The translations under genes were made by a program, and so were the position numbers. This document shows, one piece after another, positions 1-13,500 of a DNA stretch of 47,160 bases. Source of the DNA: Catajapyx aquilonaris (lineage: Eukaryota); contig JYFJ02003041.1 in assembly GCA_000934665.2 (NCBI GenBank), forward strand, positions 1 through 47,160. Direction: 5' to 3'. Position 1 is the stretch's first letter; every line of letters starts with the position of its first letter. The notes below the pieces were generated by a model, which saw nothing but the letters and a program-made list of their open reading frames with translations, did no database searches and was not told where the DNA came from.

Positions 1-227
1 CATATTGAGCGGCGGGGAGTATGGGGAAAGGAGAAGAGGGTCGCTTCCACTAGCCCTGGGGGAGGAAACACTTTTTTTTAACAAAAAAATAGAGGCGCCC
101 CCCTCCTCTCTACTCCCCTCCCTACCCGCTGCCCCGGGGCACAAGTGGCCCTGTGAACCCAGCCCTGACCTCCCCAGCCCCCCTTGCCCCTTTCCCCCCA
201 TATCCATCACGCTACTCCCGCTTGCAG

Positions 228-356
228 AGGACCGCAAGCTCTTCGTGGGGATGCTGAGCAAGCAACAAACGGAGGAAGACGTCCGGCAGCTTTTCGCCCC
301 TTTTGGCACCATCGAGGAGTGCACCATCCTCAGGGGTCCAGACGGCACCTCCAAAG
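228..356 (+). CDS. CELF4: CELF coding exon (start of RRM2)
   Basis: ttgcag|AG GAC CGC AAG ... TCC AAA G|gtgggc; encodes [14 protein letters not shown]...GTSKG. Confidence 0.93.
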
Positions 357-3300
357 GTGGGCCCTCGTTCCCCCCTCCACCACCCAGCCAAGGGAATGAG
401 GCAGGCTGAGAGTCGGGGGAATCAGAGCCCTCTTATCTCGAGCGCGCAGTCAGCGAGTTCTTCTGCGATTGTTGGGGAGGGGTAATAGGATGGATGGATG
501 GATGGAAGGGTGGATGGAAGGAATGGAAGGATGGATGGATGGGGGGCCCGGGCCAAAAGTCGATGTGCGGGTTGCGTCCAAAAAGCGCAGGCGCGACATG
601 AGCCAGGTCAGAGGTCGGGTTGGTGGGTGGGAGGGTTGGTGGGTGGATAGTTTGAGTGGGTGGGTGGCACATCAACAGGTGGCGTGTGCGCCCCCTTTTA
701 TATACCGGCCTAGTGGGGGGAGGGGGGGCAACAGGTTGCTCTGTTTCCAAAGTAGGCTTTTCCTCTCAACTCATTGCAGGCTGCGCCTTTGTCAAGTTCA
801 GCTCCCATCAGGAGGCGCAAGCGGCTATTAACAGTCTTCACGGGAGTCAAACGATGCCGGTGAGCTCCCATCTAGTCCTAGCTTATGTCCGAGACTCAAC
901 CATTTCCGAACCATGCTGCAGGGCGCCTCGTCGAGCCTGGTAGTCAAGTTCGCCGACACGGAGAAGGAACGACAGCTTCGGCGGATGCAGCAGATGGCCG
1001 GAAATATGGGCCTCCTCACCCCATTCGTGTTCAATCAGTTCGGAGCCTACGGAGCGTACGCGCAGGTGGACGTGGGTGCGGGGTCACCATCTCTTGGGGG
1101 GAAATTCTTTTCTCTTAATTGCCCGCGGGCCGCCGCACCGATGGTTGCCCCCTTCTTTCCCTGTCTACTCCGCAGTTCATGCAGCAGCAGGCAGCGCTCA
1201 TGGCGGCAGCAACGGCACACGGCACCTACATCAGTCCCATGGCAGCCCTGGCCACGCAGATACCGCACCCCTCGCTCAACGGGCTGGCCAACCCCGTCGT
1301 ACCGCCCACCTCGGGTGCGTATACCCATGCTCGTCTGCTGCACCCACCCAAATTATGCATGTTTTTGTGTCCTTGTTGCATCGAGGCATGCAGTGTTCTG
1401 TTTATTTTTGCGCATTTGGTTTTATGCATGGGGAATATGTGCTTCGACTAGACGTACTGTACAGTATTTCATAGTCCACAGGTGGGGGATGAGATTCGTA
1501 TAGGATCAGCGTAACCTGGATACACACCAATATGCAATATTTTGCGGATGATATGAAAACCATAGTAGAGGATAATGCCAGTTATGTCAATTAGTGCTTA
1601 TTAGAACCCGTTTGCTATAGTTTAGCAATTATAAATATGCAGGAATGTGAAGTTTCGGCATTTGACCACTTAAATGACGTGGTGTTTCAGTAATAACAAA
1701 TGATTACCTCAGCTCTGGATATTAAGAAACCATTCTTTCATTCGTTGTTTATACTATGGACGAGTGGATATGATTTCCTTTACATCAAACTCGTTGAGTA
1801 CTATATAATTATTATCTTTATTGTATTATTGTAATAATAACAATATCAATTTTAAATTTACATTTCAAGTCTGCAAATATAATATATGCACAATACTACT
1901 GTCACATGAAACGCATCACTCTATTGTTATATATTTTAATAGCATGCTATATTAACCTAAATGCAAAACTATAATTATTTATGGATTAATAAATTAGGGT
2001 AATATTACCGATACGCAAGGTGTATAGCTGGCTAACACACGAGGTAGCATAATTATCCTATCGCGGAACCAAATTCAGTCACAATCATTTTCTCTCCGAA
2101 TACGGTAAGCTTATATATTTTAACATCACTATATATTTACTCCGAATTTCAGTATTTATAATCAAAATTGATAACGCAGCAACGATTGGAGGAATTACAT
2201 CATTAACCTCATTTTTACAGGATATTGTATGCTCTCTGCAAAGGTACATTACAAATCACAGTAATTACTTTCATTGAAACTGTAATTTTGGAAACGGTGG
2301 AACTGTATATAATCCATCCATGAACACAGAAAAGCTTGTTTACAGCGAACCTTGGGCACCAGGTAACTAGCCCATTACGGAACTTTTATTAGTCCCGTCC
2401 AGTATTTTTAATCCCCGAATATTTCTATCGTAACGGAAATATGTTGAGCACAAAAAAATGCGGCCGGGAGCCACTCCGCTATACGCCTACTATAGACACG
2501 CCATATCACGGGCTTTACTATAGTATAGGACGTTCAGTCAAGGAATTTGTAGTTTATAGCATTGATGCCCCTGACTTCGCGGCAACAAGTGATGTAAACG
2601 AGGCTCATAGGTTAGCGGACTTCCAGGATGAGATTTGTCCTTGAGAATACTTCATCCTCTATCACTGGCGCGGCGCGGCGGGAAGTCAGCGCATTGCCGC
2701 TGCGCTGGCTGAGAAAAATGTAGATGCGAAATAGGAAACAAAACTAGATTGCACTAAAATTATTCAAACACTATTTAAAATAATTACTGTTAGTAAGATA
2801 TGTTTCTTTGTTCTGGGGGCTAAAATAATATTGTAGTTTCATGTGGAATAAAACGGAAAAACGTCATGACCAACTGCATGGTCGAGGCATTTGCATTACA
2901 TTGTTCGTGCATAGGGAATAAAATAGACACACTTGTAATTAACACAGCAAAAAAGGCGGCACAAATGGCAAAGACCAGGTTTGTGTGAACACATAGGAAA
3001 ATCTCGCATTTTATCGACGCGAATCATCGCATGTAAAATCACAATTCTGCAAATATCCCTAGAAAATCTCGCATGAACACAAATGTCCCGAAATTCAGTC
3101 TTTTATGCGAAAATAGCAACACTCCTGTATTGTGACTTATGGCGTCGAGTGTTCAGACGAATTTCAGCGTGAACTGGCAAAGAAGGCGGTGAAAATTGTG
3201 GCCAGGCCTTACACGAATGGGTGCGGGCACATTTGGAACAATTACGGGACTATTTCGCTCGAAAAGGCATGACGAGGTTCAAGGGGCACAGCAGCAGAAT

Positions 3301-5992
3301 TGGCCGGGAAGAGAGGGAACGGGCAAGAGGGTCTGTGCCTCGGTTAGCTGCCAAAATTCGACCTGTCTGGGTAGAGTACACCTAAGATGAATGTTACTGC
3401 TGGAAGCTGCCATATTGGATGGGTCACATGACTTTTTGAACATAAGTGAATGGAACGAAGGATAATGTTGGAAAAATTGTTGACTTATGTGATAATCGTC
3501 GAAAATGCGAGATATTCGGCTAATCTGTGGGTTTAAAATCTTTAATTTTCACCTGCATTAATGTGTTTATATATTAACCCACTAGTAGGACGTGCGGTGG
3601 TTATACTCTCCAGTATTAAAAAGCAGGAAAGCAGGGATTGGTTCTTTCAATCTTTTTCACATGAAGGCAATTAACCTAAAATTCAGGCACCATTAGCACC
3701 ATTACTACTGTGGCGCAAAATTAGTTTCATTACGATCTCGCAGGTTACCGTTACATGGGGATGTAACACCAAGTTCTTTAGAATATTATCGATCGCCTCC
3801 GAGCGTTCATAAATAAAGCAGAACAAAAGGGCCACCGCTGAACCGTATTAGCGGCCTCGTTTATTTTCGCTTTGCCATATATTGGTGTATAGTCCGGTCA
3901 CATCCTGTGGACATTGCGCGATTCGAATTGAATTTTAGTTATACGGCGTTTCATCACAAAGTGTTCAGGCGGCCAGTATATGTTTTTTTTTTTAGATACC
4001 GGTACCTAGATTTATCATTCATATGACTGTCGTGTTGTCACTACAAAAAATTCGCTACGTCAACAAATCGCTGTATACTATAGTGTGTGCACATCGTAGT
4101 TTTCATCAATGCAAAACAGCATATCTCAAAAAACATTAATTTTAAAGGCAATTCAGAAATACCGCCTCAAAGTCGAGGCTTCAGCTAGGATCTATAGGGA
4201 CGCCATGATAGACACCGAAGTCCTGCACCCAAAATGGGAGGATTCCTCAATATACCGGTTTTTTACGACATTTTAACAGGCGGTCAAACAAGCACTGTCA
4301 TTGGTTAACGGAGTACGTGGTTTAGGAAGCTGGACCACGGAGAACTGACCTAGCCAGTAAAATTATTTTCGGCCAAACTTAGAGTTACTATGTTTTGCAT
4401 TACGGACCACGACACAGCAGTTTATACTGCTACACAAGCAAAAGTAATGACTGTGGAGGTTTTCAAAGTGGTACATTTTGTGAAACCAAGTATTTTTTGA
4501 TGCACTCAAATAGTTTTGACATGAACAAAAACTTATTATTTTGCTGGCCAACATTTGGTATTTGCAACAAAAATGCAGAATTTGTGCATGCATGATACGT
4601 TTCTCCAAAGCATCACCTAACCTGTTACTGACGCTTATTATGGGCCCTAAAATGGCCAGCCTGGATAACTATTCATTTGCATAATTGCCTTGGGTTACAA
4701 CACTATACGCGTAGAAGTGCAACAGTCCGGGGGAATAGTCATATTCAGGCTGTGCATATGCTAAGGATCTTTATGATAGCAGTGGTGGTGCCAACATATC
4801 ATTAGCGAATGTCCTAACTCCAGTTTGATGCACTGGTAGATCTTGAGATGTACTCGGGAGTGTACATGAACGGCTGGAGCGAGTCATCCGTCACGTTTTA
4901 CTCCGCTCTTATTGTTGAAGCTGTTCATTTGGGCAATGTATCACCTTTATAATATACGAGGCATGCAAGGGACAATATGAAATCATTATGACGCCAGTGG
5001 TTGTTTTTTTGCAAACAAATTGTGCTACAGTATCTGTTTAAAAACCTGAGACAAACACTCAGATTCAGAAACATCGAAAACACGGAATATAAGGACCTAA
5101 TTTTATTCCCACGGGAATAGGCGGTCTTCGAAAAAGTACAAATTCAGAGAAACGGAATATAGGCTTAAATCCTCCGACCTTATACACTGGGGTTAGCGTG
5201 GAATATGGCAGAATACATAGTGACGTCACTTAGTATTGCTACAGCACCTTATAGTATAGCCAACCAGTGTGGCCAATACTTCTTTACTACATTAATTTTA
5301 TCACCAATATTTTCTGTCTCGTTTAAATATTTGCCAGTATAGTTATTTTATAGGTATAAAGATTGACAGGTAAAGGCCCTAACTCCACACTTTTACTGAT
5401 GCATTCGAATATTAATTCCGGAAATTACAGTGTTACCCCCATTTTGTTCAGGAATAGCGAGGAATAACTTCTAACGTATTTCTGAATGACCTTTGACCGC
5501 CTCTCTTATTCCCCCCTAGTTTGGGAATAGCTTATTCCGTCCTTATATCCCGCGAATAGCGACACGTTTCTGAATATGGCCCCGTGGAGTTATACAACCA
5601 TTAGCACTCGAGCAAAGTGAATGTTACCGGAAAAAACACGTTCATCTTGGCAGAGTGCTGATGGTTTGTTTGAAACTTCCTCTGACACGCCGACATACAA
5701 ATCACACTTACACGAACAAATAGCAGCGACTACCAGTGATAACAGTTAACATATTGACAATATTAGACATGTCTAGGGCGACACGGTGGTGTAGTGGTTA
5801 TCGCCACAGGCATCCACCTCTGAAGTCCCGAGGATACTTATGTGGATAGAGTTTGGATGGGTTCTCTCAGTGTTCGCGTGGGTTTTCTCGGGGTTCTCCC
5901 GTTTCCTCCCACAATCAAAATCCATCACAGCAAAGGAAATGATTAAAGACTGTTCACGAAAAGATGATCCCCTACGAGGCCCAATCGCCCAA

Positions 5993-6078
<86 letters not shown>

Positions 6079-7459
6079 AGACCTGTCGGGAAAAGGATAA
6101 GAGTATATGCATGCATCTATCCGCAAGTATCATTCCGTCAAATCCTCATTCAATTACCACTACTCCATCTGTTGGCTCACTGTAAAACAACCAACTGCAC
6201 TTGCTGCTTTTACAAGAACTAGATAGCGATTAGCCTAGATTAGCACATGTGTGAGAAAATATTTTGATGGTTCGTTGCATATTTTGGTGTCCAGGGGCTG
6301 GCTCGGCGCAACCAGTGAACGGCGCTCTGCCCAGCATGGCGTCACCCAGCGTTCCAGCCTTCAACATGGCGGCGGCGCAGACTCCAAATGGACAGGCGGC
6401 TGCGGCGGCTGCGTCGGACGCGGCGGCAGCGGCGGCGGTCTACGCCAACGGCATCCCGCAGAGCTACCCCGCGCGTGAGTCGACACCCGCATCTTCACAG
6501 CCGGGCCCAAAGTCTTTGGCGCCTCGACTTTCTTTTCGACAATCGCTAACTGCAGATTAATCAACGTCACTGCCTGCTGCTGGAATGCATGAACCGCTAA
6601 GGAGAAATTGCCTTGATTTACTAGAGACTTCGCGGCATGCCCTTCGATCTGGTCTGTACTAGTCGGGCTATTCATATGGGAATGAAAAAATCATCAAGTG
6701 AATGATGTCTGGGGCCCACTCGATGAGGGGTCTCGTAACCAGGGACCGCTCAATGAAAATTAGTAGGGGAATGTATTATGAGTACAATGATGGCCCGTCA
6801 ATCTTGTTCCCTTCAGTCGAGAGTCAGATAACGCAAAGTAATTTCCGGGATGATATGTATTTTCTGAGGTCGTTAGATATTTTGGATACATGTAAAAATT
6901 ATCTTTATGTAGGCTTTGAAAATCTAGGTCAATGCTTATGACACCTTCCTTGCTAAATCGTTACAGTACGTAACAGGTTCGCTTCCTTATAACCAATCTA
7001 ATGGGAAACTGACTATATCTTTAAAAATGACAAATGGAGATATAAAATAATATGCGAGGCTAGAAAATGCGCTAGTTTTAATTGTGGTTCTCGTTAGTTG
7101 CGAGAAATTATCAGCGTATGGAATAGGGCCTACGCGTGCGATATCATGTTATAGTTACTAATATGACAGAGCCGCAATATTTTGACTGCGCCAAACAAAA
7201 AAAGTGTATATCTTGTTAAAGTACCCGCAGAAGTAGTAGTGTCAAAGATCAATCGTTACAACGTTTTAATTGACGTGTCTACACCACTGAAGGATTACTC
7301 GCGGCTAGTAGATAAGGGTGACACTTTATCTTCCCTATCTTTGAAGAGCGCCACCAGTGCACGAAAGGTCTTAAAATGGTAACTGAACTTGGGGAGTTTA
7401 TAGCTTTCACGTTCAATGACTCAAATAATGTTATTTCCTTTTTGATTAGCGGCCTTTGA

Positions 7460-7527
<68 letters not shown>

Positions 7528-10500
7528 GTGAAGCTAGCTAGTGAACTTAGAAACACCGTAAGAATTACTGTACTGCAAATCAATCGTAACAATAGTAAAT
7601 GCAACAATGTCCAATGATATAAATCGTCGTCATACGAATTTAAAACACGATATAAAATTTTTATCGACAAATCTCACAAAAGTATCCTACAAGTTTTTTT
7701 TATTTATTATTTATTTTTTCAGTACCCCGTGCTAACCCTTTCGGGTTTATAGGGGGACAGTATCCTACAAGTAGTGTGTGTAAAGTAAGGTGGAGTTTCC
7801 GAGTCGATATCAACTGACAAGCCTGATAAAAGGTGTAGGGCGCGGTGTGGGCAGTCTTCAAATTCATCTGACCGATTATACGACAACAAAAAGACAGCTC
7901 TTCGATTGGGCACTAGAAAGTGGTCCTCAAACCGAATCAAAATGTCATCCACTTCATTTGATTCAATATAAAAAAACCGCGACATCCTTGAAGCAATAAA
8001 ACGAATAGTATCAGCTAGTTCATAATTTGTAGGCGACGCAGCTAAGGTCATCACGGTTCAATTTTCAAGCAGGCATATTTTTGACACCGCACAGATAACA
8101 TTTGACGAAACCCTTGCGATATCATCTGATCGATTTTTCCTGAGAAATATAGTCGGTTGTAGCGGATACTTGTTACATCTCATACAGTTCGCCTGTATTA
8201 TTCTGTACGCATGCCGAGAATAAAGATTGCAGAGGATTTTTTGTGCCCAAAACGATGCCGGAATGCAGGAGACGTGCCAGAAATTTAGCGCCTGAAAGGC
8301 GAGTGTACCGTACGACAAATAAGGTGCATAGGTCAGCTAACAGCCAGGATGAAAAATATAATATGCAGAGATATTTCCCGGGGGCCTGCCACTTGATGAG
8401 CTATTATAAATATGATAAGTGAGGCCATCTGATTATGCACAGAGAGTTTGGACTATTTAAATATTCATTGGTAAAATGGCCTTTATTATACTTTTATCAG
8501 GCGCATATGCTTCGAGGCGTCAACAACGCTGCGAGTTAATGATGGTGTTGACAAAAAAACGACCCAACCTACGTCCTCCGCTGCAGTGTTGATTAGCAAA
8601 CTTTAAAAGTAGCCGCATTATCCTGAATGTCCCAGGTGGCCCAAACTGTGGGAAAGGATAAAGTACAGGTACATTAAATCTGGCAGTAATGCAATTAGCA
8701 GCAAAAGCTTCCTCCCCTTTAGACCTACCAGTTGAGCGAAAAAAAAACACATGATTCATAAATAACCATTTTCATAGTTCCGTTAGCTCCTCGATATAGC
8801 ATCGCAGGTGCGCTCCATTATTGCTATGCGTAACCTTGAGTTGCTATACCGAGCAGCGCAATTGATTCAAAGGCGGTGGCCGTCCTCGGCGCAAATGTGC
8901 CGATCGAAACTTTTCTTGATGATGATAAGCCCAGTGACAAAATAAGGGAAGCCGGTACACCGCATTTGGGACTTACAATGGAAGGGATCAAAATTATCGC
9001 GCTGCACAAGGCGACGCTCCATTACGCAAATTAACTAGGGGCTTACTGCAATTAGAACATCTACTAGCTTTTGACCTGCCGTGGGAAGAGGGGAAAAAAG
9101 GGCAGGTTCCGTCAAATTTATTGGACATGTTATGGCGTCGTGAGACTCTGGGCGCATTATGGATCATTACGGATTCACGATTCTTCAAGTTTCTACATCG
9201 ACGGATATATGCACTTGAGTTCCTCCCATGAGAAAAATCGACCCGGACGATCTAAAAAACTTATGTTCGTTGATAGTTATTCCCCAAGTTTATAGGCGGG
9301 TCAGTTAACTTTCTATGCTCGTGTTTCGTGCCCTCTAATCGTTCAACAGGCTTGGTTCCGGGCAAGACCAGTACATTTAACCCATCTTGAAAGGCCGGCT
9401 AACGATGGATAGTTCCGACAATAGGCTATGCTTCTGCGTTATGGATGACCTGGCTCATGTATGAGAACAGTGTCTTGGGCCTGGCCCGGATTACAGCCGT
9501 GGCTCCAGGAGGAAACCGGGTCGAGGTGAATTGAAAGAGAAGAACGACAAGCAAGGGAGGAAAGGAGGGGGCTTGAGGCGATGAGAAATTACGCGCAGTA
9601 GGAGAGAAAATCCGAATTCCTCTAATGCAACTTCCAAGTTTCACCGTGACGACATGCATAGGTGAAGTAAAGGGCCTTCAAGTGAGGGCTATAGAAGGAG
9701 TAATGGGCCTTGGAGGCAGAAACACTTCACTTCTAGCAACATAAGCCAGCCCGTAAGAACGGCTCGCTTTACCAACTTCTCGGCGAATATTAATACGAGG
9801 GAAGTTTTATCCTTTCTGTTCTTTAAGTAGACCTGCTCTATTCATTCATGGTGCCAGCTTCACACGAATATTACGTTTACAATGGTTGACATTTGCCGTT
9901 ATTTATCTCGTAATTTTGAAATAACTTTGCCGAGTAGGAGGTCAAAGTGAGAAGACGCTTGCGGTGCACATAAAAGACAAGTGCAATTGATGAGAACTTG
10001 GACTGTTTCCAGCCATATCTTTATTACCCACTACATTTTATGAGTGCTGGAAATTATTTGGTTTAGCCTCACACAGCGCAGTTATACTCACTGAATTGGC
10101 AGTTTCAAGATGCCGTTTCATTTCCAGTGGTTTTCGCAGGATTCAAACTACTGCACAATAATCGTTCTCCGTTGCTATTAGCTGTTTGTCAATTGCACGT
10201 GGTTGAAGGGTGTGTAATAATCAACACGAGATAAAATGAAGAGATGCAAGGATGTGCAGCAGCAGGCCTGCCCGACAAGAAAGTCAGTCGGCAAAGACTT
10301 TGGAGTGTCCCGTGCCGTGGCCTTTAGGCCCCGCTGACCCGACCCGTCCATGCCTCGGGGCAGACGGGGCACCACCGCCTCCTCACGTAGACGCCCTCTT
10401 TACAGCACAGGCGCTGCCCAACGGCGAGGCAGCGCTTCAGCCCGCCGCAGCCTACCCGGGGATGCAGCCCTACCCGGGTGTGGGTACGTACCCATACTCA

Positions 10501-13500
10501 CCCACCTGCACTCTGCTCTGCTCTGATCTGCTCTGCCCTGCCCTGACCTGCTCTGCCCCCAACTCCACTCACCAGGCCACAGCAATTCCAAAATGGCCAC
10601 CATCACTAAGCCAACAACTCGCAGCACTCTCAGACTCGGTCTCGCAGCACGGTTAGTAGAATTCTGATCCATGTCAATTGTTGTGCTTCGTTCCCTTCAA
10701 CCACACGGGGAGAATCTTTTGTCTCACACAAACTTACTTTATCACTTGTAGCCTTTCATTGTACATTTATCTTCTAATCTCAATTCCCCCCCTTCTCCTT
10801 CACCCCCCGCCTCCAATGCTTAACCACCTACTGTATTCTTCACCAATCAAACCAACCTATACCAACCGACCGTGTCAGTGCAGGTATAGATGTGACACTT
10901 CGATGTGTCTTTTGCCAGAATGCATGTAGTTCACTAACAGATGACCGACAGTGCTGGTGTTCGCGCCGTGTCGCTTCACTGAATGTCTATTTTGTCAAAA
11001 CAAACTAAAATATACACAGTTATCATACAGTCTCATGCGCATTTCACATCAGCTAGTCCGGACAGATATACAAGGCTGAGAGAATCGCTGACTTGTCAGA
11101 GAAAAGAGAGCTGGAAAATGTGTGGCTGTTTTTGTATTGCTGCCTAATTAGGTGGCCTGGTGAGAATGTAGCCTGCCTCTTAATTGTCATGGCTGCAGCT
11201 GCTCGAGAAGCACAACTATATATACTGTATATTAACCCCCCCACTGGTGTCGTTTATGCCCCAGCGCCGCAGACTTCATCTCCCGGCTGTTTTTTTTAAA
11301 ATTCTTTTTTTTTTTTTTTTTTAAAAAAAAGCTCTTCCTGTAGTTTATCCCTCTCCTTATTCTTCGGTTCTCGGCTAGAAACAAGATCAGGGTTGACTTC
11401 CTGAGGTCCCGGGTTCTTTCTTCCCGAATACGACACGCCCACGCTCGTTTATTTCCGGATTATCTGGCGACTCTCGGGCAGAAATTACTGTAGTCTCGAC
11501 CCGAAGGATATACTGTACTGGACCGGAAGTTTACTACTGGATGCTTGTCCGGGAATGTTCCCAGCCGAGCAATTTTCCGGTGAAGCATAGCGATGGGCTA
11601 GAAAAACATTCCAGCCGTACCTGTTTTTTTTCCTGTTGAATTTTTACTGGATGCTTCAGACTCACCTGCTGTTGATATCAGCTTCACTAATAATATATGT
11701 CGTCTGGAGGACTGTTAGTCATCACTCTCTAATAGTACAGTTACAGTAGTATATAAGGGAGGGCGGAGTTGTTTTGTCAAATATTTACCAAAGCCCAACT
11801 GCCGGTGCTTTGGTGGCAGAGTTACATTTCCAAGGTCCTAGAGTAGCCCGAGGGGTGTTGATCTTTAATGCAGCACAAATATTTGCAACTAGAATCCACA
11901 TCCTGCTGACCCAAATGGACGCGATTTATGCTTCACGCTGGAGATGCAACGCAATCAAACGCGTGTAAAAACAGCCGGGGCCTCTTGTCTGCGGTGCCAA
12001 ATGTTTGTTTTTGGTCTTCTAGTTTTTAGTATCATGTGCTAGGCGTTCCTGACTGCACCAAATAACCACCCGTGCTAACTGAAAGGGAAATTTTTGTACT
12101 TGCTTGCGATGTGCCCTTACAGCATCCTCGTTATCCTCTCAGGCGGGGACTGTGTCCATGCCCCCTTTGTGTCTGTTTTTTTTTTTTTGGTTCAGTTTTG
12201 TTTCGTGTCAAATCGCGTACGAAATGTGACGTCCGGCACGGTTTAATACGCTTGATTTATTTCAGTTGCCAGTATTGATGACTAAAACTAGACTAGGGGG
12301 AAGCTTCCCAGACACTGATTTGTTGTTGGCAGCTTGTGACGTCTTCCTGGGGCGGCGTTGAGCAAGCAGTTTTGTAGGTTACGTCAAAATCTCTTTATAG
12401 GAGATGGCGCCGGCGGAATACCTCGGCCCTCGAGTATACCGCCGCCATCTATCTGTTTATTTTGGACTCAGCTCTCGGCAAAATTGCTGGCTCAATTTCC
12501 TCCCCAGGTAGCTTTTACAAACCTCTTTCACAATTTGGGTGGAGCTCTTTTTTCAAAATATGTTTGGTGTGTAATCACGGGCGTTTTCACCAACACTCAT
12601 TATGTTCTCGTTTTTCTTGCGGCATTCGCACAGATTCGCTCTTTCGCGTGCGTCACAACAGAAACACAATTATTTTTTCATACACCCCACAGCCAGTGCC
12701 TAAAAGCGAGTCCGTCAAGCGGTTATAAAGTAGCCCATGTTGTTCATCAAGCACAATGTGGGGGTCCCGGGAACCAGGACAAAGCACTGGAAGTTGCCAA
12801 GTGCCGCCCCGGCGCGGTGGTTCAATCGTGGCTCCTCCAGAATGTTAATGGCGGGCTTGTGTATCCTGGGCTAGGGCAATACGGAGCAGAATGAAGATGT
12901 GATATTCCACGGGCTGGAATGACAAACTCGATTGTTTTGCTGAGATGGTGGTGCTGGTGCATAGCACCAGCCCTGGGCACGGTTTCCGGAGAAGTCTTGG
13001 CCGTTAATTCGCCGAGTGGAGTTGCATGCAGCTGGCGACACACGATTTATACCGTATGTGAAGAAAGTTAGGTCCTCCACCCACTTAAGGTATACGACAT
13101 CTAATGGGCCTGACTTGCTTGGCACGAAATATTCGCCACAACGTTTTGGGGATGATCAAAACAGGTTGGCTCAGTCCTTCAAGAGTGGTGCTTCCCGGAC
13201 ATCGATTTTTGGCTTAAAAACATGCTTCCGTGAACATGGCGTTGCTAAAAAACAGCCTTTCAAGTCCGTGTGTTATGTAAAAAAAAAAGGTGCTCCAGTT
13301 TTACGCCCTTGACGTGATTATAATCAGTTTGCATTAAGGTAAAAATCTCTCATCTCCAAAAATGAGCTGCTCAGATTCTTATTTTTAAAAAGATGGCGCT
13401 CAAATTGATTCGAAGATTTTTCATGTCCTGAGACCTGCATGTGAAGCCAAGATGACGTGATTTGCGTCCATAAATTTCGCGAGAAACGGTCTTGTAAAAT

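Noticed and set aside
1511..3902. Loose inverted similarity (GTAACCTGGATACACACCAATAT / ATATTGGTGTATAGTCCGGTCAC)
   Set aside because: Several mismatches, no TSD; element boundaries cannot be supported.
5773..6185. Poly-Ile / poly-Leu ORFs
   Set aside because: Translations of the (ATT)n SINE tail.
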